From an uncultured delta proteobacterium (GTDB lineage: Bacteria > Myxococcota_A > Polyangia > Fen-1088): 64,000 nt of DNA. The position numbers and the translations under genes are program-made. Positions 30,232-39,513 of this stretch are shown in pieces. Numbering within the stretch: position 1 is the first letter of the stretch; every line of letters begins with the position of its first letter. The stretch spans positions 780,553 through 844,552 of the forward strand of contig CAWCMR010000008.1 in the NCBI GenBank assembly GCA_963796685.1, written 5' to 3'. The notes beneath the pieces are model-generated. The model did no database searches, had not been told where the DNA came from, and worked only from the letters and a program-made list of their open reading frames with translations.

Positions 30232-30928
30232 ATGCGTTCCCTTGTCGTCACCTCGAGACCACAACTCGGCGCTTCCGAACCCGATTCTTCGGCCGCGGCG
30301 CTACGCGAATTGGGATGTGAGGTCGTCACGGTCGGCTACGACCTGGATGACCTGCCGGATGACATCGAGCACGTGAGGCCATCCGTCGTCGTGGTGGATG
30401 CCGGACCCCACCTCGAGGTGGGCCGAGCTGTGGTCAAGCGCGCCAAGCAGTCTGCCAACGCTGGCCGACATCCCCATTCTTCTGTGCATCGAGGTCTCGC
30501 GCCTGGCCGGTCTCGATCCGGAGCTGGGCATGGACGATTTCATCCTGTCGCCCATCGTCGGCCCCGAGCTCTACGCGCGCGTGCGCCAGCTCGACTGGCG
30601 ACTGTCCTCGTTTTCCGCCGCGGGACGAATCAAGCTTGGCGATCTGGTCATCGACACGGTGGCTGTCGAGGCCACCTTTCGCGGTCGCGTGCTGAAGCTG
30701 CCGCGCCAGGAATTCCAACTGCTCAAGTTCCTGGCCTCTGGCACCGGCCGCGTCTTCACCCGCGAGCAACTGCTCTCCCGCGTCTGGGGCTACCGCTACA
30801 CGGGGAACACGCGCACCGTCGACATTCACGTGCGCAGGCTGCGCGCCAAGCTGGGCACGGGTGCCGAGATGATCGAAACGGTTCGCCACGTCGGCTACAA
30901 GATGAAGTCGCCGGCCACCACGCCCTAG
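30232..30928 (+). CDS. OmpR-family winged-helix regulator, GlnR-like, with +1 frameshift at ~30451
   Basis: Receiver-like N-half in the frame of ORF 30232; C-half (GMDDFIL...GRVFTREQLLSRVWGY...RTVDIHVRRLRAKLG) in the frame of ORF 30398; removing one T in aagcag-t-ctgcca joins them. Confidence 0.85.
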
Positions 30929-30939
30929 ACACGCCGGCC

Positions 30940-31836
30940 ATGGTTCGATCGTCGCGAACGCGCAAGCTTCGGGTCGCCTTCCAGGGCGAACGCGGCGCGT
31001 TCTCCGAGGAGGCCGGGCGACGCATCTTGGGCGACGCCATCGAGCCCCATCCCAAGCGCGAGTTCGATCAGATGTTCGAGTCCGTGATTCGCGACGAAGC
31101 CGACTGCGCGGTGGTGCCGATCGAGAACACCCTGGCCGGCTCGGTCATCAAGAACTACGACCTGTTGGTGGAGAACGACCTCGAAATCATCGGCGAGGTC
31201 GTGTTGCGGGTGGCGCACAACCTCATCGCGCCCAAGGGCACCAAGCTCGCCTCGCTGCGAAGGATCTACTCGCACCCGGTGGCCCTGGCCCAATGCGAGG
31301 ACTACTTGCGCAAGTTGCGCGCCAACACCCCCGCCCTCGAGGTCCTGCCCGCCTATGACACCGCGGGCGCGGTGAAGATGGTCGTGGAGAATGGCCGTCG
31401 CGACGAGGCCGCCATCGCCAGTCGCATCGCCGCGGCGACCTACCACGCGCAGATTTTGGCCGAGGGCATCGAAAGCAACCCGCAGAACTTCACCCGCTTC
31501 TTCGTCATGGCGCGGCCCGACCGCCGCGGGCTCATTCGTCTCAAACGACGCAAGAGCGACAGGGGCGGGTCACGGGCGCTCAAGACCAGCATCGTCTTTC
31601 GCACCACCAACAAGCCAGGGGCGCTCTTCCATGCTCTCGAGGCCTTCGCCAAGAGCAAGATCGACCTGACCAAGATCGAGTCGCGCCCCATCGTGGGCCG
31701 GCCGTGGGAGTATTCCTTCTATCTGGATTTTCTCGGCGACCGCAACACGCCGGCCGCGCGCCGCGCCCTGGCCAGCCTGACCCACGTGGCCGAAAGCCTG
31801 CGCATCTTCGGCACCTACCCACGCGCCGAGCAATAG
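30940..31836 (+). CDS. pheA: Prephenate dehydratase (PDT plus ACT)
   Basis: VAFQGERGAFSE, VPIENT, SHPVALAQC, NFTRF, LTKIESRP. Confidence 0.93.
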   Translation: MVRSSRTRKLRVAFQGERGAFSEEAGRRILGDAIEPHPKREFDQMFESVIRDEADCAVVPIENTLAGSVIKNYDLLVENDLEIIGEVVLRVAHNLIAPKGTKLASLRRIYSHPVALAQCEDYLRKLRANTPALEVLPAYDTAGAVKMVVENGRRDEAAIASRIAAATYHAQILAEGIESNPQNFTRFFVMARPDRRGLIRLKRRKSDRGGSRALKTSIVFRTTNKPGALFHALEAFAKSKIDLTKIESRPIVGRPWEYSFYLDFLGDRNTPAARRALASLTHVAESLRIFGTYPRAEQ

Positions 31837-31888
31837 CCCCACAAGCAAACCTTGACCTTGGCCGGGGCTGCGCGGAAGCATTGTCTTC

Positions 31889-32815
31889 ATGTTGACGATC
31901 GACTTGCGCGGGAAACGCGCCCTGGTTGCCGGTGTGGCCGACGACGCGGGGTTTGGCTTCGCCATCGCCAAAGCCCTGGCCGAGGCCGGGGCCTCGGTGT
32001 GCATCGGCACGTGGCCGCCAGCGCTGGGGGTCTTTCGGACCATGCTGGATCGTGGAAAGCTCGATCGCGCTCTGGCGCTCGCCGATGGCGGCAAGCTTTC
32101 CTTCGAGCGCATCTATCCCCTCGACGCCGACTACGACACCGCCACCGATGTCCCCGCGGAGGTGCAGTCGAACAAGCGCTACCGCGACCAGGGCGATGTG
32201 AGCATTCAGGGGCTGGCCGATCGATTGGCCGCGGATTTCGGCGGTTCGTGCCTCGACATCGTGGTGCACAGCTTGGCCAACGCCCCTGAGGTAAAGAAAC
32301 CGCTGCTCGAAACCACCCGGCGAGGCTACCTGGCCGCCGTCGGCACCAGCTCTTACTCGTTTACTTCCATGCTGGCCAGGCTCGGGCCGCTGACACGGCA
32401 AGGGGGAGCGTTCCTCGCCCTCTCCTATCTCGCGGCCGAGCGCGTCGTGCCTGGCTATGGCGGCGGCATGTCCTCAGCCAAGGCCGCGCTCGAAAGCGAC
32501 ATGAGAACGCTCTCGTTCGAAGCCGGTCGCAAATGGGAGATACGTGTCAATGCCATCTCCGCCGGCCCCATGCCTTCCCGCGCCGCCAGTGCCATCGGCG
32601 ACATCGAGTCCATGATCGAACATTGCAGCGCATCTTCACCGCTGGCACAGGCAATTTCTGCCGCCGAGGTCGCGGTTGCGGCGTCCTTTCTTTCGAGCCC
32701 CTTGGCGTCCGGAATCACCGGAACAACGCTCTACGTCGACAAGGGATATCACGCGATGGGTCTATCCGGGTCAGCGCTCCCCCACATGTCGGCCCCTGTG
32801 AGGAGGGCTCCCTAA
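31889..32815 (+). CDS. fabI: Enoyl-ACP reductase, chlamydial/plastid-type FabI
   Basis: IDLRGKRALVAGVADDAGFG, GTWPP, NKRY, VHSLAN, YGGGMSSAKAALESD, ISAGP. Confidence 0.9.
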   Translation: MLTIDLRGKRALVAGVADDAGFGFAIAKALAEAGASVCIGTWPPALGVFRTMLDRGKLDRALALADGGKLSFERIYPLDADYDTATDVPAEVQSNKRYRDQGDVSIQGLADRLAADFGGSCLDIVVHSLANAPEVKKPLLETTRRGYLAAVGTSSYSFTSMLARLGPLTRQGGAFLALSYLAAERVVPGYGGGMSSAKAALESDMRTLSFEAGRKWEIRVNAISAGPMPSRAASAIGDIESMIEHCSASSPLAQAISAAEVAVAASFLSSPLASGITGTTLYVDKGYHAMGLSGSALPHMSAPVRRAP

Positions 32816-32853
32816 TTTCAACATAAGGCGTATAGTGTGCGCAGGGATCGTCC

Positions 32854-34509
32854 TTGCGCTCGTTGCCATGCCATTTCGGAATTCTGGCCACGCTTGTGGC
32901 GACCAACTCCGCGCTCGCGGGTGGCACGCGATCGACCGAGCCGGCTGCCGTCAACGAAACAGCGGTCGACCGCATGATCGACCTCAATCGCAAAGCCTTT
33001 GCGGACATCCAAGAGCAGCACTTCCAGGCCGCCAAGTACCGGCTGACCGAGGCGCTGGTAATCAGTGAAACCGCGGGGCTTGAAGCCGACGAGATGACCG
33101 CACGGACGTACGTTCACATGGCGGCAGTGTACCTCACCGGGCTCAAGGATCGCGAGGAAGCCATCCAGCAGTTCACGCTGGCGCTGCGGATCAACCCCAA
33201 CATCTTCATCACCCCGGGATTGGAATCGCCCGCGCTGAAGTCCGCCTACCTGCAAGCCCGCGAGCAGATGGGCCTGCCGCCCGAGCCGGATACGACAGCT
33301 CCCCTTTCTCCGCACGGGCCACCCGCGCCACCTGCGTCGCCTGCGCCGCCCGTGCCCGCATCCGAGGCCGGCACGACCAGCCCGCAAACCGGCGCCAAGC
33401 AGCCCGCCGACGACGCGAAGGCGCAGGAGTGGGCCCAGGAACCGGATCTACCGGCGCGTGTTCCCACCCCGCTCTACTGTCAGCTGCCCTTCGATACCCC
33501 GCCAGGGCAGGACGTGGTGGTGCGCTGCCTGACGCAAAAACAGCACCGAAAATCCAGCGCCACCTTTCACTATCGACCACACGGCAGCGAAGCCGAGTTC
33601 GTCGGCATCCCCATGGAGCGCAGCCCCAAGGGATGGTTGTCGATCGTCGTGCCCGGGCGGGCGATTCGAGGCAAGTCGCTTTCCTATTACGTGGAGGCGG
33701 AAGTTCCCGACTCGCCCAGTGCGCTCTTTCTTGGCCATCCCGAGGCCCCCAACGAGCTCATCATCAGGAACCCGACGGCTCCTGACAGCAGCGAAGACGC
33801 CGTCGAAGAGCCCGCCCCATCCGCCTCCGGCATATACATCCCGCGCCCATCGCGCCCGCGCGCGCCTGGCTCGATCTGGTTCGCGTTGGGGGTGGGGACC
33901 GGCGCGGCCTATCACGGTCGCGAGCCCGTCGACAGTGGTGCGAAGATCACCGACACCAGCACGACCGTGCGCACCCGATCCGGCTTTTCGCCCACGACCC
34001 TGTTCCAGATTGAGCCGGAGATCGGCTACCAACTCAGCAGACGGTTTTCGATTTCGCTCTTGGGCAGGTACCAGTACGCGCCGAAGGACCCTGAAGGATA
34101 CCAACCACGCCCGAACGAAAATGCCGTGCTCACCACCGCGTACGCAGGCTTTCTGCGCGGCCAATTCGCCTTCTTGAGTCGGGGCGGGCTGCAAACCTAC
34201 GTGTCTGGCGGCGCCGGGCTCGGCACCAGCTTCCTGGCCATCGTGAGCAAGCAGTGCGGTTCGGGTCTTTGCAGCCTCGACCACAGCGATACGCTGCACG
34301 GGGGCGCCGTGGGACTGACCGCCGGGGTGGGTGCCATCTACCACTTCAGCCCCAGGTTCGGGGTCTTTCTCGATGTCAAGGAGATCGCCACGCTGCCCAA
34401 GCTCATGGCGGACACCGAGGTCAACGTGGGCGTGGCCTTCGCGCACCGATTCCTGGGCGCGGAGGGTGCAAAGAACACGGCTTCCACTGGCCGGGCTTCC
34501 TGGCGATAG
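32854..34509 (+). CDS. Secreted TPR-like plus Ig-like plus outer-membrane beta-barrel-like protein
   Basis: Signal peptide, helical repeat N-domain, Pro-rich linker, LSYYVEA beta domain, alternating beta strands at the C-terminus. Confidence 0.7.
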   Translation: MRSLPCHFGILATLVATNSALAGGTRSTEPAAVNETAVDRMIDLNRKAFADIQEQHFQAAKYRLTEALVISETAGLEADEMTARTYVHMAAVYLTGLKDREEAIQQFTLALRINPNIFITPGLESPALKSAYLQAREQMGLPPEPDTTAPLSPHGPPAPPASPAPPVPASEAGTTSPQTGAKQPADDAKAQEWAQEPDLPARVPTPLYCQLPFDTPPGQDVVVRCLTQKQHRKSSATFHYRPHGSEAEFVGIPMERSPKGWLSIVVPGRAIRGKSLSYYVEAEVPDSPSALFLGHPEAPNELIIRNPTAPDSSEDAVEEPAPSASGIYIPRPSRPRAPGSIWFALGVGTGAAYHGREPVDSGAKITDTSTTVRTRSGFSPTTLFQIEPEIGYQLSRRFSISLLGRYQYAPKDPEGYQPRPNENAVLTTAYAGFLRGQFAFLSRGGLQTYVSGGAGLGTSFLAIVSKQCGSGLCSLDHSDTLHGGAVGLTAGVGAIYHFSPRFGVFLDVKEIATLPKLMADTEVNVGVAFAHRFLGAEGAKNTASTGRASWR

Positions 34510-34517
34510 TAGGCGCC

Positions 34518-35588
34518 GTGGATCCACTTCCGTTCGTTCGCGACCAGGTTCTGGGGCATTTCCCGGGATGGGAAGGCGCCACGGTCGCCCCTTTGGGTAG
34601 CGGCCTCATCAACCAAACCTTCCTCGTCACCTCCGTCCCCGCGAGCGACGCGGGCCCTCGGCGCGCCGTTCTGCAACGCCTGGCCCCGATCTTCTCACCC
34701 ACCATCAACGAGAACATCGCGGCCGTGACCTCGACGCTCGCGGCGGCGGGGCTCGCGACGCCGCGCCTCCTGCCAACCCGCGAGAAGCGCCTTTGGCTGG
34801 ACCTCGGCGGCGAGAATGGCACTTGGAGGTTGCAGACCTTCATCCCCGGCACGTCCTTCGACAAGGTGCAAAGCCCGGCCCAGGCGTACCAGGCGGGCGC
34901 GCTGGTGGCGCGCTTCCATCGCGCCATCGACGGCCTGACACACGATTTTCGCGGCCTGCGCGAAGGCGTGCACGACACGGCGAAGCACTTGGCCCGCCTG
35001 CGCGAGGCCCTGTCCGTCCACGAGGCTCATCGACTGATGGCGAGGGTCGAGCCCGTGGCCGAGGCCATTTTGACCCGCGCGCAGGGGTTGGAGCCCCTGC
35101 CGGCGCTGGCCCCGCGACTGTGCCACGGCGATCTCAAGCTGAACAACATTCTCTTCAAGGGCGACGAGCCGCCAGCTTCGGAGGAGGCTCTCTGTCTCAT
35201 CAATCTCGACACCGTCGGCCCCATGCCGCTCGCCTACGAGCTCGGCGATGCCTGGCGCTCGTGGTGCAACGCAAGCGGCGAGAACGACACGGTCGCGCGC
35301 ATCAACATGGCGGTGTTTCGCGCGTCCTTCGCGGGCTATACCTCGAGCATCGGGCGGGAGCTGAACGAAGCCGAGCGCCGCGCGCTTCTTCTTGGTGTCG
35401 AATGGATCAGCTTGGAGCTGGCGAGCCGCTTCGCGGCCGATGCCCTCTTCGAAAGCTACTTCGGCTGGAACGCAAAGCGCTTCCCGAGTCGCGGCGAGCA
35501 CAACCTGGTTCGCGCTCGCGGCCAGCTGTCCTTGCACGAAGCCTTCTTGGCCACTCGCAACGAGCGCGCCGCGATCCTCGGGTTGTAG
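34518..35588 (+). CDS. Aminoglycoside phosphotransferase-family kinase (N-acetylhexosamine-kinase-like)
   Basis: LGSGLINQTF, CHGDLKLNNILF, LINLDT, ELGDAWRS, LELASRF; GTG start. Confidence 0.85.
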   Translation: MDPLPFVRDQVLGHFPGWEGATVAPLGSGLINQTFLVTSVPASDAGPRRAVLQRLAPIFSPTINENIAAVTSTLAAAGLATPRLLPTREKRLWLDLGGENGTWRLQTFIPGTSFDKVQSPAQAYQAGALVARFHRAIDGLTHDFRGLREGVHDTAKHLARLREALSVHEAHRLMARVEPVAEAILTRAQGLEPLPALAPRLCHGDLKLNNILFKGDEPPASEEALCLINLDTVGPMPLAYELGDAWRSWCNASGENDTVARINMAVFRASFAGYTSSIGRELNEAERRALLLGVEWISLELASRFAADALFESYFGWNAKRFPSRGEHNLVRARGQLSLHEAFLATRNERAAILGL

Positions 35589-35626
35589 AAGCCACCGTCC
35601 GTGCGACGAGAGAGGGAGGCAGACAA

Positions 35627-35742
35627 TTCACCACAGAGGCACGGAGATCACAGAGTCCGGACAAGTGCGGAAGGGTTCGGATCCGGATCCGAACTATCCC
35701 CAACTCCTCCGCTCTCTGTGCTCTCTGTGCCTCTGTGGTGAA
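35627..35742. repeat. REP-like cacagag-type inverted repeat
   Basis: ttcaccacagaggcacggag ... ctctgtgcctctgtggtgaa, with an internal perfect 20-bp palindrome gttcggatccggatccgaac (35675-35694). Confidence 0.85.
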
Positions 35743-35762
35743 CGTCTTCCTTCCCTCGCCGG

Positions 35763-37799
35763 CTACACCCGCACGCGGGCGAGGCCGTCCATGAGCGACG
35801 CGAACTCGGGATAGGTCAGGCTCTGGTCGCCGTCGGAGAGTGCCTTGTCGGGGTCGGGATGGACCTCGATGCACACGCCGTGCGCGCCGCACGCGCGCGC
35901 GGCCCACGCCATCGGCGCCACGTACGGGCGACGGCCGGTGCCGTGGCTGGGATCCACGACGATGGGCAAATGGGTGCGCTCGCGCAACACCACCACCGCC
36001 GACAGATCGAGTGTGTTGCGGGTGGCGCTCTCGAAGGTCCGGATGCCGCGCTCGCACAGCACCACCTGGCCATTGCCCTGGGCCAGGATGTACTCGGCGG
36101 CGGCCAGCCATTCCTCGATGGTGCTCGACATGCCACGCTTGAGAAGGACCGGTCGGTCGACCTTGCCCACGGCGTTGAGCAGCGCGAAGTTCTGCATGTT
36201 GCGTGCGCCGATCTGAAGCATGTCGGATTTCTCGGCCACCGGGCGCACCTGCTCGGGCGACATGACCTCGGTCACGATGGGCAGGCCCGCCGCCTTGCCG
36301 GCCGCGGCCAACATGTCGAGCCCTTCGAGACCAAGCCCCTGAAAGGCGTAGGGGCCCGTGCGCGGTTTGAAAACCCCGCCGCGCAACATGTGGGCGCCCT
36401 TGTCGCGCACGTAAAGAGCGGTCCTTTCGATCATCTCGGCCGACTCGACCGAGCACGGTCCGGCCATGACCACGAAGCCTTCGCCGCCGATGAGCAGGTC
36501 GCCCACGCGCACGATGGTGTCCTGGGAGCGCGTGGCCCGGTCGGCCAGCTTGTAGTGTTTCGAGGCGCGCACGGCGACCTTCGCGGGAGCCGCTGGTGGC
36601 GAGACCTCGACCGGCGAGGCTTCGCTGGCTGGCTTGATTTCCGAAGCCTGCGCCACCTGGGGAGTGGCCTTGGCCGGGTAGCAGCCGAGCACCTTGAGAT
36701 AGAGCGCTTCGGTGCGCAGGGCTTCGAGGGCGGTGGCCACGCGCGGCTCGACCACGTTGCCCTCGAAATCGACGAAGAACATGTATTCCCAAGGCCGGTT
36801 GGGACGCGGCCTCGACTCCAACTTGGTCAGGGACAATCCGTATTCGCCGAGCACCTGCAGGCAACGCAGAAGCGCCCCCTTCTCGTGTCGGGTAGACAGG
36901 ATGAGGCTGGTCTTGCACGACACGCGTTCGTCGACAGGCAGGGGCGCGCGAGCCAGCGCCACGTAGCGCATGAGGATCTCGTCCTGGTTGCCGATCTCGC
37001 TGCGTAGGATGACCAGGCCATGGGCGCGCGCGGCCTCGGGCGAGCCGACGGCCGCCAGAGTGGGATCCTTGGCTTCGGCCACCGCACGCATGGCATCGCG
37101 CGAGTCCGCGAAGGGCGCAGTCTGCACCTGCGGCAGACCGTCGATGAAGGCGGAACACTGTTCGAGCGCGAGCGGGTGGGAAAGGATTCGGCGCAGGGCC
37201 GGCAGCGGCACGTCGGCGACGGCGGCCAGGCACAATTCGATGCGAAACGAATCCTCGCCCACGATGTGCAATTCGCGTTCGCGAAGCACGTCGTAGACCT
37301 GATTCACGCTGCCGGCGACGGTGTTCTCGATGGGTAGGAAAGCCAGGTCGACCTGGCCCGCGGCGAGCTGCTCGATGACCTGGGTGAGCGAGGCCAGCCC
37401 CACGAAGTGCCCGGTGAGCCCCCGACTGGCGACATACTGCTCGGCCGCCAGTTGATTGTAGGTGAGCGGTTGCCCCTGGTAGGCCACGGTGATGTGGCTG
37501 CGCTCGGCATCGACCAGCGACGCCACCTGACGGCTGACCGAGTAGTCGATGACCTCGGAAAAGATCTTGCGCGTGAGCGGCCCCGAGATGCCGAGCGAAT
37601 TGGCCAGGGCCTCGACCCGCGCCAGGACCTCGCGTTCGCGTCCGGGATCGCGGATCTGGGTCGAGTGCTCGGCCTTGGCCTTGGCAATGAGCCCCACAGT
37701 CTCCAGCCGGCGCGCGAGCAAACGAACAATCTCGTCGTCGGTCTTGTCGAGTTGCTGGCGAAGCTCGGCGATGGGCGTTGTCGGCGAATCAGTGCTCAT
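35763..37799 (-). CDS. Trifunctional chorismate mutase / prephenate dehydratase / DAHP synthase (type I-beta)
   Basis: CM (LRQQLDKTD...RDPGRE), PDT-ACT ([23 protein letters not shown]), DAHPS ([34 protein letters not shown]). Confidence 0.93.
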   Translation of the reverse strand: MSTDSPTTPIAELRQQLDKTDDEIVRLLARRLETVGLIAKAKAEHSTQIRDPGREREVLARVEALANSLGISGPLTRKIFSEVIDYSVSRQVASLVDAERSHITVAYQGQPLTYNQLAAEQYVASRGLTGHFVGLASLTQVIEQLAAGQVDLAFLPIENTVAGSVNQVYDVLRERELHIVGEDSFRIELCLAAVADVPLPALRRILSHPLALEQCSAFIDGLPQVQTAPFADSRDAMRAVAEAKDPTLAAVGSPEAARAHGLVILRSEIGNQDEILMRYVALARAPLPVDERVSCKTSLILSTRHEKGALLRCLQVLGEYGLSLTKLESRPRPNRPWEYMFFVDFEGNVVEPRVATALEALRTEALYLKVLGCYPAKATPQVAQASEIKPASEASPVEVSPPAAPAKVAVRASKHYKLADRATRSQDTIVRVGDLLIGGEGFVVMAGPCSVESAEMIERTALYVRDKGAHMLRGGVFKPRTGPYAFQGLGLEGLDMLAAAGKAAGLPIVTEVMSPEQVRPVAEKSDMLQIGARNMQNFALLNAVGKVDRPVLLKRGMSSTIEEWLAAAEYILAQGNGQVVLCERGIRTFESATRNTLDLSAVVVLRERTHLPIVVDPSHGTGRRPYVAPMAWAARACGAHGVCIEVHPDPDKALSDGDQSLTYPEFASLMDGLARVRV

Positions 37800-37821
37800 A
37801 GGGGTCGCTCATTCTAGCCTA

Positions 37822-37902
37822 GGAGAGCACAGAGGTCATGGAGTTCACGGAGAGATGCCGCGCGTCCAGCTCTGTGCTCTCTCCTTCCTCTGTGCGCTCT
37901 CC
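37822..37902. repeat. Degenerate cacagag-type inverted repeat
   Basis: ggagagcacagag ... ctctgtgcgctctcc; same family as 35627-35742. Confidence 0.6.
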
Positions 37903-37926
37903 TTCACTGGTGTATGCTGCGCCACC

Positions 37927-39483
37927 ATGATCAACGAAGTTCTGATTTTCGACACCACGCTGCGCGACGGCGAGCAGGCGCTGCCCGCCAGCTTGTCGGT
38001 GGGCCAGAAGATTCGCATTGCGCGCCAGCTGGCCCTGCTCAAGGTCGACGTCATCGAGGCAGGCTTCCCCATCTCGTCGCCGGGCGATTTCATCTCCGTC
38101 GAAACCATCGCCAAGGAGGTCAGGGGCCCCATCATTTGCGGCCTGGCCCGCGCCGTGGAGAAAGACATCCTCGCCTGCGCCAAGGCCGTGCGCCCGGCCA
38201 AGCGTCCGCGCATCCACACCTTTCTCGGCACCTCGACCATCCACCGCGAAAAGAAGCTGCGCCGCTCGCAAGACGAGATCCTGGCCATGGTCGCCGCGAG
38301 CGTGAAGTTGGCGCGCGGCAAGTGTGGCGACGTGCAATTTTCCGCCGAGGACGCCGGGCGCACCGAGCGTGATTTTCTGTGCCGGGTGGTCGAGACTGCC
38401 ATCAAGAACGGAGCCCGCACCGTGAACATCCCGGACACCGTGGGCTACACCACGCCGGAGATCTTCGCCTCGATCATCGACGACATCATGAACCGCGTAC
38501 CCAACGTGGACAAGGCCATCATCGCGGTCCACTGCCACAACGACCTTGGTCTTGCCACCTCGAACTCGATCACCGCGGTCAAGCACGGCGCGCGCCAGGT
38601 GGAGTGCACCATCAACGGTATCGGCGAGCGCGCGGGCAACGCCGCGCTCGAAGAGGTCGTGATGATCATGAAGGTGCGCCACGACTACCTCGGCGTCACC
38701 TCGGGGGTGGACACCACCGAGATCATGCGCACGAGTAAGTTGGTGCGCGACGTGTGCGCGATGCCGGTGCAGCCCAACAAGGCCGTGGTCGGCAGCAATG
38801 CCTTCGCCCATTCCTCCGGCATCCATCAGGACGGCGTGCTCAAGTTCAAGTCGACCTACGAGATCATGACCCCGCAGTCCATCGGCCTCCAAGACAACAA
38901 GATGAACCTGACCAGCCGGTCGGGCAGCCACATGGTGAGGAGCCGCCTCGAAAGCCTGGGCTACCGCGAGAAGGACATCGACATCGAGACCTTCCACCCC
39001 AAGTTTAAGGCCCTGGCCGACAAGAAGGGCACGGTCTACGACGACGATCTGGTGGCCCTGATGGAGGCCGACACCATCGAGGAGCTCGCCGACACCTACA
39101 AGCTCGAGTACCTCAACGTGACCGGCGGTATGGGGGTGATCCCCACGGCCACGGTGCGCATCGTGTCCGACGGCAAGGTCCGCGAGGAAGCGGCCAGCGG
39201 CGATGGCGTGGTGGACGCCACGACCAAGGCCATCGACCGCGTGGTCGGCTTCAAGATCAAGGTCAAGGACTACCATCTCGACGCCATCAGCGAGGGCCGC
39301 GAGGCGCTCGGCCGCGTGAAGATGGTCGCGGTATCGCCCGAGGGAACCTTCACCGGCATCGGCACCAGCACCGACATCGTCGAGGCCTCGGCCAAGGCCT
39401 ACATGGACGTGGTCAACAAGCTCTGCCGCATGCGCAAGTACGCGCCCAAGCTGCGCGGCAAGCGCGCCAAGGCGGCGCTCTAG
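37927..39483 (+). CDS. leuA: 2-isopropylmalate synthase
   Basis: IFDTTLRDGEQ, EAGFP, PDTVG, HCHNDLG, GIGERAGN, HSSGIHQDG, regulatory domain. Confidence 0.96.
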   Translation: MINEVLIFDTTLRDGEQALPASLSVGQKIRIARQLALLKVDVIEAGFPISSPGDFISVETIAKEVRGPIICGLARAVEKDILACAKAVRPAKRPRIHTFLGTSTIHREKKLRRSQDEILAMVAASVKLARGKCGDVQFSAEDAGRTERDFLCRVVETAIKNGARTVNIPDTVGYTTPEIFASIIDDIMNRVPNVDKAIIAVHCHNDLGLATSNSITAVKHGARQVECTINGIGERAGNAALEEVVMIMKVRHDYLGVTSGVDTTEIMRTSKLVRDVCAMPVQPNKAVVGSNAFAHSSGIHQDGVLKFKSTYEIMTPQSIGLQDNKMNLTSRSGSHMVRSRLESLGYREKDIDIETFHPKFKALADKKGTVYDDDLVALMEADTIEELADTYKLEYLNVTGGMGVIPTATVRIVSDGKVREEAASGDGVVDATTKAIDRVVGFKIKVKDYHLDAISEGREALGRVKMVAVSPEGTFTGIGTSTDIVEASAKAYMDVVNKLCRMRKYAPKLRGKRAKAAL

Positions 39484-39513
39484 CGGAGGTCCGCCCATCA
39501 AGATCCCGCCTGC

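Noticed and set aside
30232-31836. 534-aa receiver-prephenate dehydratase fusion in the ORF track
   Set aside because: Artefact of the frameshift at ~30451; the middle is out-of-frame regulator sequence and pheA has its own ATG at 30940.
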